Of a DNA stretch of 64,000 bases, positions 24,715-38,095 are shown piece after piece. The notes under the pieces are model-generated. The model was given only the letters and a program-made list of their open reading frames with translations. It did no database searches and was not told the DNA's origin. The position numbers and the translations under genes are program-made. Each line of letters starts with the position of its first letter. The stretch's first letter is position 1. This DNA comes from Cetorhinus maximus (lineage: Eukaryota): contig NC_135896.1 in the NCBI RefSeq assembly GCF_964194155.1, positions 11,966,001-12,030,000 on the forward strand. Reading direction: 5' to 3'.

Positions 24715-25085
24715 TTTTATTCTTTCATGGGATGTGGGTGTCACTGGCAAGGCCAGCATTTATTGCCCATGAACTGAGTGGCTTGCTGGGCCATAGCAGG
24801 GGGCAATTAAGAGTCAACCACATTGCTGTGGATCTCGAATCACATGTAGGCCAGACTCAGATAAGGAAGACAGACTGCCTTCCTTAAAGGACATTAGTGA
24901 ATCAGATAAATTCTTGCAACAATCAATGATAGTTTTATGGTCACCATTACTAAGACTAGCTTTATATTCCAGAATTATTAATTGAATTGCCTTGGTGGGA
25001 TTTGAACCCACACCCATAGAACATTAGCTGGGCCTTTGGATTACTAGTCCAGGCACATTAACACTATGCAACTGTCTCCTCTATA
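24715..25085 (-). mobile_element. tRNA-derived SINE with CR1-like tail
   Basis: Near full-length reverse complement of the 20605-20900 family. Confidence 0.75.
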
Positions 25086-25613
25086 CTGGAGATTTGAAAT
25101 TACACAATGTGATATTAGCACACAAATATTTAGTGGGTTCTTACAAATTTACTTTGTCGCTATTTTAACAAACCCTTTAACCAGAAGCAGGCAGCAGTAT
25201 GGGTGCTGCAATGCGCCCCTTGGCGCCCTTGATTGAGGGAGGGGAAACTAGTCACAGTCACCATTCCTCACTTTTGGAAAATACAGACTCAACCATGAGG
25301 AATAGTCTGTAGCCGCTCATGAAGAAAGTCCACCTGATGAGATCGGAGGGCATCAGTTACCCATGTTACCATCACCCAAAATTAGTCTCAGTGAGTAGAT
25401 TTATAGTGTGATTACTGGCTAATTGGAAGGAGCATAGCTCCTTCCAATATGGTAATCAAGCAGGATATTATCATACTTGTGGAGAGGGGCCAATGGCAGG
25501 TATGGGAGACGGAGACCAATGGCGGGTATTGGGGATGGGGACCAAGAGATCCAACAAGAACGGTAACAAAATTAAACTTAGAAAAAAGTGAAATATTTTA
25601 AGATTACCCTTAC

Positions 25614-25689
25614 CTCAATAATGATCTGTCTGTCCAGCAGTGTGTAGTGATCTCTGACAAATGTGGCATCATCGTAAGCAAATGGAAGT
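25614..25689 (-). CDS. VIPAS39: VIPAS39 exon 13
   Basis: tag|A CTT...GAG|gtaagg, 76 nt; (G)LPFAYDDATFVRDHYTLLDRQIIIE. Confidence 0.95.
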
Positions 25690-26514
25690 CTAAAGGGAAA
25701 AGCATGGAGATACAGTAATGTGGAATGCCTGTTTCAACACTTCAATAATGACCATCCCCCAGGCACTTGAAGTAAAGCAGCTACCCAGTGCAAGACAGGC
25801 ATAACTGGTAGTTTGCAAAGAGAACACTTTTACACACCGATTCTGTTACAATGACATAGGTTAGAGAGTGTTCAAAAAGAAAAAAAAACTTGAATTTATA
25901 TCGTGTCTCATTAGGTCTTGCAGAAATGTTCTTGAAAGGCTTCACAACACATTGTGGGAGCTGCCAAGGTCAGTCCAAAAAGCGGTCACACACTATACAC
26001 AACTCACCTTCGTCTGCCCCTTGACACCACATGCTAATCAATGTGTTTGTCAATGATTACTGGAGTGAACATACCTCCTACTGCACTGCGTGTTAGTGTG
26101 CCGCATAGAAAGGATAATGGCACAGAAGGGATAAAGGCACAGAAGGGGGCCATTCAGTCCATTGAATCCATCCATTCTTCACTCCACTACTTCAGCCTCG
26201 AGTAAAAATGAAGCTTATGTTTTGGGTTCAGCTGCTCACTGGATATGCTTTCCCACTTAACGCCAGAATGTTCAGTCTTTCTGATCTACCGGACTGTACA
26301 TTCCAAGCTGGCAGTAATCTGGGTGCGGCAAGAGCCCAAACATAACACAACAGAATACAGAGCTGGAAGGAATCGGATATAAGGCATTCTCCATATGGTC
26401 CCAGGTTTAATTCCTGTGTTAGCAGATATCGGCCTGCAGCTGTGGAGGGACAACTGCGATTGGTCACCTGGGCTAGGGAAGAGAGAAAGCAAACACGGCC
26501 AGGGTTGCAATGGC

Positions 26515-26780
26515 TTGAATTTCTATTGTGTCTTTAACATAGTTAAAAATACCCCAAGGCACTTCAAAGGAGTGTCATCAAACAAAATTTGACACTGAGC
26601 CACATAAAGAGATATTAAGACAAGTGACCAAAACTTTGGTCAAAGGGGTAGATTTTAAGGAGCATCTTAAAGGAGAAAAGAGTGTTAGAGAGGTTTAGGG
26701 AGGGAATTTTGCCAATGGTGGAGTGATTAAAATCAGGAATGCACAAGAGGCCAGAATTGGAGGAGCGTAGAAGGTTGTAC
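26515..26780 (-). mobile_element. L2 LINE 3' fragment
   Basis: Same sequence family as 1383-1945. Confidence 0.7.
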
Positions 26781-27082
26781 CAAAAGCAGAACCTGCTGGA
26801 AAGCACGCAGGTGTGAAGATTGGGCTTATGACTGGGCTTAATTGCAGCACGCTTGACACAGCCCGCTGACACAGACTGCCACGACTCTCACAAAGAAAAG
26901 GAACTTGGGTGAGGTACTGGATGACACAGAGCCCAAAGCCACACCACAGCAAGGAGTCGACATCTGCAGGAAAGGTGGAGAGAAAATGAAGATAGAAACA
27001 TTTGGGTAGGAATTGTTAGAAAAGAGCACAAATAGCCTAGCTTCCATTCAGCTACTTGTATATATCTCTTCAGGACACTCAC

Positions 27083-27156
27083 CCAGTGCAGTTTTTTAAA
27101 TATTCTGTTTTTTTCATTTGGCCTTTGATATTCAGATGTTCCTTGTACTGCAAGAG
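27083..27156 (-). CDS. VIPAS39: VIPAS39 exon 12
   Basis: cag|CTC...GG|gtgagt, 74 nt; LLQYKEHLNIKGQMKKTEYLKNCT(G). Confidence 0.93.
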
Positions 27157-28572
27157 CTGTAACAAGAAATGAAATATTTCTACAAAATAACCTTGCTAAG
27201 AAACAACAGCATTTTTTGGAGTACTTTTTGGTGTTCATGTGCATTTGCTTCACACGATGTGAAAAAAAAAATTGCTATCAATTTAACAAACAGAATCTCA
27301 CAAACCAAACCACTCACATGGCAACAAGAAAACAATGCAAATGGTGGAATTCTGGAACAAAATAAGAAAATTCTTCAAAGCATGAGAGGCACCAAAGGGG
27401 GAACAAAGAAGTTAATGTTTTGGGTATAAATGTTTCATCAGTTCTGATGAAGAATCCAGATGTGAACTTTTGTCCCTTCAGAAGCTGATGGACCTGTTAT
27501 GTATTCTTAGGATTCTCTGTTTTTACCCCAGGGCTTTTACACCTCCCCTCTGCCCCACCCCACATATCACCTGCAGTTTGATGACTGACATACAGGTAAT
27601 GATTCTGAAGGTGATACTGGAAAGTCACATCAATTTGAATTCTACAACAGTGGGCATTTTGAAAAGTCATTTAGTCACTCCTTGCAGTGTAAGTGGGTAA
27701 AAAAAAAATCACATTGGGCCAGAAGTTTTTGAGTTCTAAATTGAAAGAATTAATGAGATAACACTCAATTTACCCAGGCCGGATATGGGACGGGCTTAAA
27801 TAGAGGAGGCTAGGGGAATCCCTTATAATCGCACCTCTGTGCCTGGGATTCAGCTGCAGCTCGGACCCAAGGAGATGGCTGCTTCCTCTCTGCCAGTTTG
27901 CTGACATGTTGGTCCATTAAATTGCACGGTAACTGGTTTCACATGGGGAAACTTCAATCGGAAAGACTGCACAAGAATTGAAAACATTACACCAAAGCAG
28001 CAAAGGGATAGTCACCCAAGGTCTGAGAACATGGTACATTGTTGAGAAAGATATACCAACTCACCCATGCTACACTAAACCTGTGGATGGTTGATGGGGG
28101 AAACACTACTGTGAATTTTATATTTAATTTTAATTCACTCTCAGGATGTGAGCATCACTGTCACATGCTGCATTAATTGCCCATCCGGAGGGCCCCAAGA
28201 AGGTGGTGATGATGAGCAGCCTTTTCTTTGAAGTCCTGCAGTAGTTTAATACAACTGAATCAAGTGCTAGGGCAGATGAGTCAACCACATCAGCGTGCAA
28301 CTGGAGTCACAAATAGGCCAGACCAGGTAAGGATGGCAGGTTTACTTCTCTGGTTGGGATTTTTAACGAGTCAACAGCTTCATGGTCGCTGGTGCTGATG
28401 CCAGCTCTTTATTTCCAAATCTTTTAAACTGAGTTCACATTCTCTGGATGACTTGTCCAGTAACATAACCACATAGCCATCATACCCCAAACAGTTACCA
28501 GACTTGATCCGGGAATGTTTGAGTGGATCAGACAGAGCTTTATTCTGCATCTCTAAGCTGCATTATACTTAC

Positions 28573-28600
28573 TGCAGCCTCTTCTGTTCTCCCCAGAACC
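28573..28600 (-). CDS. VIPAS39: VIPAS39 exon 11 (28-nt microexon)
   Basis: cag|G GTT...GCA|gtaagt; (K)VLGRTEEAA vs human FLDRTEELA; phases fit both neighbours. Confidence 0.9.
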
Positions 28601-29191
28601 CTGCAATAAAAGAAACAAAGTATACTGTAATGTCACTTTACATATCAATTTGCAGAAGCTTTCATCTTGATTTAAATTTCTTTCTTTACCTACTTCTGAA
28701 GCTTTCATTTGCAAAATTTGCTGCCGCTGATCTAGCTGGCAAATCTAATTCTACCCCCACCCAGTCATTACAGGGTATTGATTAGGAGTGGGAATACTGG
28801 CTAATTCCACATTTCCTTTCACATCCCTGAGGCCCACTTGAGCACCCTTAGCGCTGCCTCGCAAATCAGCTGAGGTGAGATTGGGAATCAAACCTTATCT
28901 ACCTTGCTTTCTTGATACTGATCAATCTCTTCCCCTTCTTTGTCCCCTCCCCTATCCAGAACAGTTTTGGGGAGATGGGGTGAGATGGGAATTTGTCTAA
29001 TCTTCAGCCCCGTTGCCTAATCACCTGTTCTTAACACCAACCATTCTCTCCTGTTCTCCAAGAACCCAATTCTTCTCTTTGCATTACTTTGCATTAACCT
29101 GCTGTTTATTTATGTTGTTCTTCTATGCTCTATTCTCATAGCATGTGTATTCATAACCAAAAGCTGCAGATTATAAAAATGGTTGCCTTAC

Positions 29192-29294
29192 TTGAGCATC
29201 TCCAACAGCAGTTTCTGCTCTCCCGTCTCTTTCAGATAGTGGACAAAATGTTGTAGGGCGACCTGTCTGTACTCCAGCTCTCGAAATAGTACTT
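29192..29294 (-). CDS. VIPAS39: VIPAS39 exon 10
   Basis: tag|AA...AA|gtaagg, 103 nt; (E)[33 protein letters not shown]. Confidence 0.95.
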
Positions 29295-29499
29295 CTACAA
29301 TATACACACATACTTCCAGATAAGCATGGCAAATTACCAATGCAAAGAAACCCACATTCCTACATCAAATCATTCTGTTAAGGAATTACGCGATCATTTA
29401 AAAAGATATTCTTACCATCAGGGGCTTAGCAGAAAATCAGAGAGGTTTAACTTTTTTAAAGTATATGTTAAGCAATCTCCACTGCGTTAGATGTAAAAT

Positions 29500-30510
29500 C
29501 ATAGAATGTTGCAGCACAAAAAGAGGCCATTTGACCCATCGCAGTTGCATCAGCTCTCCGAAAGAGCTACCCACTTAGGCCATTCCTTTTCCCTTTCCCC
29601 AAATCCTTCTAAATTTTCCCTTTTCAAATATTTATTCACTTCTTTTGCTTCCACACTGGTTCTGGCAATGCAATCTATGGCGTAGTATGCCTTTTAACTG
29701 TGTCTGTTTCAACTGGCAGAGAGGCTGCATAGACATTTGCAGCACAGGAGGAGGTGGCCAATTGGCCCATCGTGCCCGTACAAGCTTCTTGTGACAGCAA
29801 CACAAAATCTAATCCCTCTGTGCTGCTTTTACCCCATTGTACCTGCCAATATTTATCCAATTTTCTCTTAAAAGATACAAGGGTTGTTGGTTCAATCTAA
29901 CTCTGCAACAAAATGTTTTGTGCTCTAATAGCTCCCTCCATAAAGAAACTTCCCCTGGCATCTCCTCTCAATCACGGTGACGAGTAACGATCCTTTATCA
30001 ATGTTTTCCCAAACTAAAGAAATAATCTTTCCTTATTTGCTCCATCAAAAAACTCTTCATAATTTTAATAACCTCCATTGATTCTACTCAGCCTTTCCTG
30101 TTCCAAAGGAAATAACTCTCAGTATCTCAAGTCTCTCCTCATTAGATGAGGCAGAACAAAATTACAGAATTATTGCAGCACACAAGAGGCCATTCAGCCC
30201 ATCATGTCTATGCTGGCTCTCAGTAGGAGCAAATTACCTGGTGCCACTCCCCTGCCTTCTCCCCGTGACCCTGCGCATTATTTCTTCCCAGATGGCAATC
30301 CAATTCCCTCTTGAAAGCCTCAACTGAACCTGCCTCCACCAACTCTGAGGCAGCACATTCCAAGTCCTTAAGCACTTGCTGTGTGAAAAAGTTTTTCCTT
30401 ATGCTTCTTTTGCCAATTACCTTAAATCTGTGCCCTCTGATTCTCAATCCTTACAGCAATGGGAACAGTTTCTCTCCATCTACTCTGTGCAGACCCCCTC
30501 ATGATTTTGG
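29500..30510 (-). mobile_element. Cluster of CR1 LINE 3' fragments
   Basis: ORF 30220..30447 RGHRFKVIGKR..RKNFFTQ...VEAGSVEAFKRELD (CR1 ORF2 C-terminus), plus additional tails. Confidence 0.75.
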
Positions 30511-32099
30511 ACAACTCAGGGAGCTATTCAGCCCATCATGCCTGATCAAAATGGTTTCCTTGGTGTTAACTATATTTATCCTTGTACTCTATGGGGTACA
30601 GTTTCCATGGGTGCAAATTGCACTCAAAATTACACCAGGTTTGCAGATTTATTTTATGCTCAAGTGTCCATTCAAACTCATTTGCATAAATGTAAAATCA
30701 TCCATGAATCAGCACAATCTGGCAGTGTTTTACAATGTAATTCTTACCTTTATGTCAAAAAATAGTCCCTGATGTATTTAAGAGTGGCAATCTGATGCAG
30801 TTTTATTAATACAGCTAAAAATGGGTTTATCACCAAAAATAAGCATTTTAGTCCACCACCTGTGAGTAACCCAATTTTAAAGAATTGAAAATTACTTTAA
30901 AAACCATATGGAACCATATACTAGTTTCATTGGTGTACTGCAGTCAGTTCCTTAGTAAATTAATTTTTAAAAGCTTTTAAAAAGCTGCCTATTAGCGCTC
31001 TTGTGCACAAAAACAAAGTTTAATTTTAAGAGCCTCCCCCAAGGCCCGCAGACTGGAGCAATTAGTGGAAACTCGCCGTAGTGATTATTTCAATCTGGGG
31101 TGGCCAGTTTATGGGATGGGCTGGTCTCCAGCCTAAATTTTGATAAACCAGTCTTGAAGACGGCGGAATTTCAAGTGCAAGTTCTGCTCATTGCAAATCA
31201 TGTTTTTGTGATCCAAGTGCCTTGAGACGTTTCATTATGTTAGAGGTGCTATATAAATAAAAGATCAACAACAACTGCTTTTGTGTTGGTTTGGGCAATT
31301 TTGGGTGAGTCGCGCTGGAAATAACTATTGTAACCTAGTGGAAATGCCAAGCCGATGCCTCTAATTCCGTTTGCAGAGAGAATTGACATCACCACGCCCG
31401 GGCAAAGCAAGGATAGCCTCTTACAATATCTTATATTAGTTTTAACATGTAACAGTGCCATCGAGGGGAGGAAGCAGGAGAAGCAGGCATTACCACTACT
31501 GTCAACAACACTTGACTTCAACAACTGGAGCATTGCAGCATTATAAACTCAATGGTAAATTCACAGCATTTCTATGTGGAGACATCTGATGACATGATTG
31601 GAGGTACTGACTTGGAAAAGATTGATGATCCCAAGAGCTGAATTTAAGCTTAAAGATCAGCAGTAAGGAAAGAGAATATTGTCTGCATGAAGTATTCCCT
31701 CAACTTTACTCAAACAGGTAGAAATACTTCCCACCAGTTGTCTCATATCATCAGTGGCACGATTGGGGGAAACTAACAAGCTTCAACAAACATAACAAAG
31801 CGTCACGTTCTATTTGGCACAGTAACAAGAATTAATGGGACCCTGGGGAGGCGCAGTGCATTTATACACAGCTCCTGCATCTCTGGGTCCCAGACAAATT
31901 CTGGACTAATGGCCGAACATTTCTCCTCTTCCTCATCCTTTTTCTCTCATCTGCCAAGGATCTTTAAATGAAAATTAGCTCGGGTAATCCAACCCAGTTC
32001 TCTGCAGGTATGGGGATAATGCAGTGGGATTCGCTAGAAAAACAGTGAGGACCAATGGTTATACTGAAAAATGTTGATCGGGCCACAAAAGAGCAGGGA

Positions 32100-32490
32100 A
32101 GGAGGCATTTGGGGAGAACAGTGAGAGCAGAGGGGGGTGGGACAGAGCGGCGAGGGCGGGGTGGTAGAGCAGCAAGGGCGGGGGTGGTAGAGCGGTGAGG
32201 GCGGGGAGGGGGGTAGAGCAGCAAGGTCGGGGGGGGGGGGGTAGAGTGGCGAGAGCAGTGTGGGCGGGACGGGAGCGGAGGGGGGCGAGAGCGAGGGCGG
32301 GTTAGAGCAGCGAGAGCAGAGTATACAGTCATGATGGCATGGGCGGGGATAGAGATGTGAGAGCAGGATAGGGGATAGAGTGGTGAGAGATGGGTAGAGT
32401 CATGAGGGCAGTGGTGGAAGTAGACTTGGGAGAGTGGGTGTGGGGGAGGTTGGAGCTATGAGATCAGAGGGGTAGAGCTGTGAGAGCAGG
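32100..32490. repeat. G-rich degenerate tandem repeat
   Basis: Recurring (G)nTAGAGC(A/G)GCGAGGGC-like units of ~24 bp. Confidence 0.75.
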
Positions 32491-33664
32491 GAGCAATGGT
32501 TTTTCCCACATCATTTTTTCCCACATCATTGCTGATGGAGGCAGTACTGGGGTTTCAGAGCATTTTCCCTTACAGCACACCCTCCGAACCTAGGGCAAGA
32601 AGAAAAAAAATGCTTGCGGGCATGTCATGGGGACTCCGAACCAATGCCAGGGTTGTCCTACCAGAGCACCTCCACTTCACATTGAGCACTGCCTCCTCGG
32701 AGGAGGAGGAACTCGCAACCCCAATTGCTCATGGGGTCATGACTCACTGTTTGGGAACCTCTAGCTTAGACAGTTAGTTCAACAACATCATACTGTACGA
32801 AAAAGGGCCCAGGGAGATGTAGTAAGAAAGGCTGCAGGAAAGACACATGCATGTGACAGTTTAGTGAATACCAATGGGCCAATAGGATTAACTGCCCACC
32901 ATTCAGCAAAATGGCAGAAGCCAAAATATTGCAGATTCTGGAAATCTGAAAGATAAACAGAAAACTCTGAAAATGCTCCGCAGTCTGGTAGTATCTGTGC
33001 AGAGAGAAAAACAGATCCTGACTGACCTGCTGAGTGTATCCAGAATTTTCTGTTTGTATTTCAGTAAAATATGCAATTGGGCTCAGGCTGCATGGATGCT
33101 CAGTGTGAGAAGTGGCGCAATTTCACTCTTACTGCAATGGAGAGAGAGAAAGTCGTTTTTTAAAATCCCTTTCGCTCGCCTAAGAACATGGAGTCAAGCC
33201 ACGGATCTGCCATGATCTCATCGAAGGTGGAACAGGCTCGAGGGAGGCTAAATGGTTATCTCCTGTTCCTATTCTTCACATACAAACAGAAAGTGAATAT
33301 CAGTCGGCTCTTTGACTGTGAGAGGCACACAGCTCATCTGTCTTTGCCTGACGGAGGTCACTAGGCAGTTAGAAGATCAGACACCCTGCCAGGTTCACCC
33401 CCATTCCCCTTTGCCCCTCCTTCAGAAACATACAAAGGTTGAAGTCAATTTGTAGCTCTCCTATCCCTGTCCACCCAATGTTGAGATTGCATTACTCAGC
33501 ACAGAGCCAGGATTGAATGCGGGACATTACTGGGTGTGTATGAGCCCAGTTGTTGAGCCACCAGGAAAGAAAGGTGCCTTGCTGAGGCAAAGTAGATAGG
33601 GCTTTGTGTTGTCCTCAATTCCTCTAGTTGCTACAAATACTGATATCATACAAGAACAAATTAC

Positions 33665-33698
33665 CTTTGCTTAATGACTTTTTCAGGAATATCAAAAC
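33665..33698 (-). CDS. VIPAS39: VIPAS39 exon 9
   Basis: tag|GTT...AAA G|gtaa, 34 nt; VLIFLKKSLSK. Confidence 0.93.
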
Positions 33699-34140
33699 CT
33701 ATAAGAAAATAAAATATAAGAAACATTTTTGTAAATATAGGCTCTAATACAATAAGCATTAAACAGATAATTAACCATCCTCCAAGAAGATTGGCAGTTC
33801 AAGCTTCCCTATGATCCCCGAGTACAGCACTGAGAGAACGTTGAATGATGATATCTTCAAAATGTTAAGTTGGGAGGACAAGCTTTATTTCAAGTTCCTT
33901 ATGATTTCACAAATAACTGACCAACCTTTCCTTATAATCTCCAAATTGCAAACTGACATATGGTTATACCAGGCTCTTTAGTTTATTGGCATTCTGAAAT
34001 ACACATTGCAAACTGATAGATCATTGCAATTAGGTACCCCTCTAATTATATTTCCCAACACATGTTCATCTTTCTTCTTGAGCCCAAGCATTACAAGCCC
34101 TGTCCATACTGATCTTCTCCTGGAATTAAAGATTAATCTA

Positions 34141-34390
34141 AAATCAAATTACTGCAGATGCTGGAAATCTGAAATAAAAACAGGAAGTTCTGGAAAAACA
34201 CAGCAGGTCTGGCAGCATCTGTGGAGAGAGAAACTGAGTTGACGTTTCGAGTCTGTATGACACATCTGCAGAGCTGAAGGAGAGTCTCTGAAGGGTCGTC
34301 ATATGAACTAAAAAATGTTAACTCCGTTTCTCTCTCCAGAGATGCTGCCAGACCTGCTGAGCATATCCAGCATTTCCTGCTTTTGTTTAT
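34141..34390. mobile_element. Short fold-back element made of two inverted Penelope termini
   Basis: Left half matches 56340-56475, right half matches 58085-58190; the arms are reverse complements. Confidence 0.8.
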
Positions 34391-35334
34391 TATTAAAAAT
34401 TATTATTATTGTTTATTATTAAAAATTATTATTATTAAAAATTAGTCTCCTGGTAACTCCTTAATAATTACAGGAACAACTCCTTGTCCCGTTTCACTTC
34501 GTTAACTTGAATAATTTATACAATTGTAAGCTTTGATGGTTGATTGGCAGGAGTTCACACCCAATTCTAGACAAACAAGGACACAGTGGCCTTTTTGAGA
34601 TAATGGCTGGCTGAAGCTAGACACAATGCAGTCAATCAGGCAGTGTCTGATGGCTGATATAAATGCATATGTGCACAATTGAGTCGTAAAGGGGAACAAA
34701 ATAAATATGAGTGCAAACACAGCAGATTTGAACAAGACCCACCATGCTGTGCTGTTGTCCAGAGACTCGGGCCAGTTAATACCAACCTTGATTCTGCTGA
34801 CTGCTGCTTCAATGCTGTATGTATGATTATTTCTAACATTAGTAGAAAGAATTAAGGCCTTTTTATACCCAATTGGGATTTCCAAGTCCAATCACTGACA
34901 GTGACTGCGCAGGTTGAGTGTTTCTGAGCCTCCTCGCAACCTTACTCCATCTCACCCTATCAACATATCCTATATCTGGTTCAGTCCAAAGAGAACCTTA
35001 AATGGAAATAAACATAACATTCATGGCACAGTGAACTGAAATTCCACTGTTTGCACTAGTCTAGATCTTTTTATTAAATACAGAGAGAACATGGCAGGGA
35101 TTAATCAAACAATAAGTAGATCTACAAAACCATCTGCAACTGCTACAAACCCATTGTCACCAATGTTGCTCAGTAGATGCACAAGCATGATGTACGGCAA
35201 TTGTAACAAGGCCAGGTGGCTCTTGAAACTTATCTCAGTGAGTTGCTCACAGCACAGAAAAATCTGAAGATGTCAGAGTTGGCCATCAATAGGCATGGCA
35301 TAGACTCTGTGAGAGCTGCACAAATACAATCCCT

Positions 35335-35610
35335 GCATCCTCTTCTAGCCCTACAACCCTGCGAGATCTCTGAGCTCTTGCAATTCTGGCCCCCTGTGTA
35401 TCCCCGATTTTAATCACTCCATCGGCAGCTGTGCCTTCAGCTGCCAAGACTGTAAGAGCTCAGGAATTCCCTCTCTAAACCTCTCTGCCTCTCTCCTCCT
35501 TTCAGACACTCCTTAAAGCTCACTTCTCTAACCAAGCTTTTGGTCATCTGTCCTAATAACTCCGTATGTGGCTTGCTGTCAAATTTTGTTTGATGACACT
35601 GCTGTGGGAC
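35335..35610 (+). mobile_element. L2 LINE 3' fragment
   Basis: Reverse complement of the 1383-1945 family. Confidence 0.7.
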
Positions 35611-35857
35611 AAAGCAAGACAGGTGCAATTGTAGGTCTGTGGCCAGAAACTGCACTCAGATGGTCCTGCTAGTCATTCTCGGCAGAGAGTGGCCACCCGA
35701 CAACATCCCTGGTAGAGAGTCAGGGTAACTCTGAATAGGCTGGAATACCTCTTTCACTCTCACTGCTCTTCAATACTCTCCATCAGACTGAGATTCACAT
35801 CATGCATTCAACAAGACACCTGATAAACTTTGAATGCAGTTTCCAATGAGCACTCAC

Positions 35858-35950
35858 CGCAGTGATGACGTTCCCATCGTGCGTTCGAACAGCTTCATCC
35901 ACGAGGTGCAGTTTGTCATTCAAGGAACGAAACCTCTCTAAAGAGTACAT
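35858..35950 (-). CDS. VIPAS39: VIPAS39 exon 8
   Basis: cag|...|gtgagt, 93 nt; [31 protein letters not shown]. Confidence 0.96.
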
Positions 35951-36403
35951 CTGAAAACCAAATTGGTACAAGAACGAGCAAAAATAAATGCTAGTTCCAT
36001 AAGAATAGAGAGTGTGTGTTTGTGTGTGTGTGCAACCACGTTCAAGTTTCAATCAATCTTTTCCCCTCCAATTTAAATCTTCTGTTTTTAATGTTTTAAA
36101 CCAGAGCTAATGACAGCTCCTGGCATCAGCCGCTGCAATCAGCCAATGTCCCTAAATTGAAGCAGGGAATAAATCATCTGTCCAACAATCCCAGGAAAGA
36201 AAGCGTGTGTGAATGTCGGCTGAGGACATGAGGGCCCAGCCCTCTCAAGGATGAATGTCCAGCAGACACTCAGCATCCAGGCTCATGCATTAATAACGGC
36301 ACAGGGGAAAGGGAGTGGAAAATCCCCTGTGCCAGTGGAACTGTACCTTGATTTCAAGAAAAGATGAGAGCGCAAAAGAACATTTGTCAATATTTCACCA
36401 TAC

Positions 36404-36460
36404 CCTGCCTTTCTGCATCTGTCTAACCGTCTCCAGCGGACTCCAGTCAATTGAAACATC
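36404..36460 (-). CDS. VIPAS39: VIPAS39 exon 7
   Basis: cag|...|gtatgg, 57 nt; DVSIDWSPLETVRQMQKGR. Confidence 0.93.
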
Positions 36461-37574
36461 CTGTGAAAAGGGAGTGGGAAACACGAGATGAATCCCCACA
36501 GTCAAAATCATAAAGCTTTACAATAGCAATATAATTAGTTCAGAGCCAACTCCTTCAACATCAGATTTTGTTTATTCAGTCATGGGGTGTGGGCATCACT
36601 GGCAAGGCCTTCATTTATTTCCTATCCCTAATTGCCCTGGAGAAGATGGTGGTGAGCCATCTTCTTGAACTAATGCCGTCCAGGTTACTGATACTAGCTT
36701 CCTATTCCATATTTTGTCAATTAACTGATTTTAAATTTTCTAGCTGCCATGGAGGGATATGAACTCTGGATCATTAGTTCAGGCATCTGGTTACTAGTCC
36801 AGTAGCATAACCATTAGAGTGGCCCAAATGGACAGCATTCATTTCATTAAAGTGGCATTGGGTTTTTAAAGGACAAGGAATATGAAGGACAGAAGCTTAG
36901 TCTTAGCGTATTCAATAAACAAAACTATAATCACCTCTTTTTTTTACACTATCTGGCTACTGTTTTCTAATTAAGTAGCATTTTCTGTTATACAGAAGAG
37001 AATGCAACATTCTCCTCTTGGATTTATGCAGCACGTTTAACATGTAGAAAAGTTCCAAAATAGTTCACGGAGCCACAATCAGTTGTCAAACTGCTGGACA
37101 TTAAAAGCGTGTGGCTGGGAGTTGATGCTTCAGGTTTTGGCAAGAACCACCCAGTTGGGTTGTTGAGATGGGGTCGGGTGGGGGAGGTGGGGGTGCTGTG
37201 GTTGGCAATGCAGTGAGTTAGCATAATGCTCTTCATCCTTTGGGATACTGCTTCGAATTAGAACCCATGGTGATGGAATGAGGGTTCCCCCCACCTCTCC
37301 ATAGGGAACAGCAAAAGGCCAGTAGGGTGATGGGCTCAATTCCCATGGTTCAGCATCAATCTGGCATCCATGCTCAGAGAGGCCTCTAGGAGGAGAAGAG
37401 TGCAAGAAATGTAAAACTATTGCTGTAAGGGTCCTGCTCTAGGGATTGGGCAGAAGCTGGCTAGGTTATGGTTGACCCAAGAGAGTCTGCTACTGGCTTA
37501 AGTGTTCCATTTCCCCCAGTGGTGACAACGCTCACCAAAAATTGATCAAAGAAATTAATTTAAAAATTCTTAGC

Positions 37575-37955
37575 CTTTAATCTCATTGAAATGTATAAAA
37601 TTCTTAAGGGACCTTACAGTGTAAGGGCTGAGAGACTGTTTCCTCTCTCTGAGGAGTCCAGACTAGGGATCATATTCTAAGAATAAGGGAACAGCTGCTA
37701 AGGGCTGACATGAAGAGAAATTTCTTCACTCAGAGGGTTGTGAATCTTTGGAATTCTCCAGAGAACTACGCATGCTCAATTAATGAGCATATTTAAGACT
37801 GAAATCGATAGATCTTTGAATACTAAGGGAATCAAGGAATAGCAGGAATGGGCAGGAAAGTGGAATTGAGATAGATCAGCCCCGATCTTACTGAATGACA
37901 AAGCAAGCTCCAGGGGCCACATAGTCTACTCCTGTGCCTAATCATTATATTCTAA
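37575..37955 (+). mobile_element. CR1 LINE 3' fragment
   Basis: attgaaatgtataaaattctt...ttcttcactcagagggttgtgaatctttggaattc...ctactcctg (CR1 3' end). Confidence 0.75.
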
Positions 37956-38030
37956 GGATACAGTGATGGAACCAGTTTACAACTCAACTAGTAATTTACA
38001 CAGAAAGTTTAAATAAATGAATTTACCCAC

Positions 38031-38095
38031 CTTGTAATCGGTCTTTGATTTACGTAGATTGGGTGCATAGTTCGTGGTGGTTGAGCCTACGACAG
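38031..38095 (-). CDS. VIPAS39: VIPAS39 exon 6
   Basis: cag|CT...AAG|gtgggt, 65 nt; (S)VVGSTTTNYAPNLRKSKTDYK. Confidence 0.9.
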
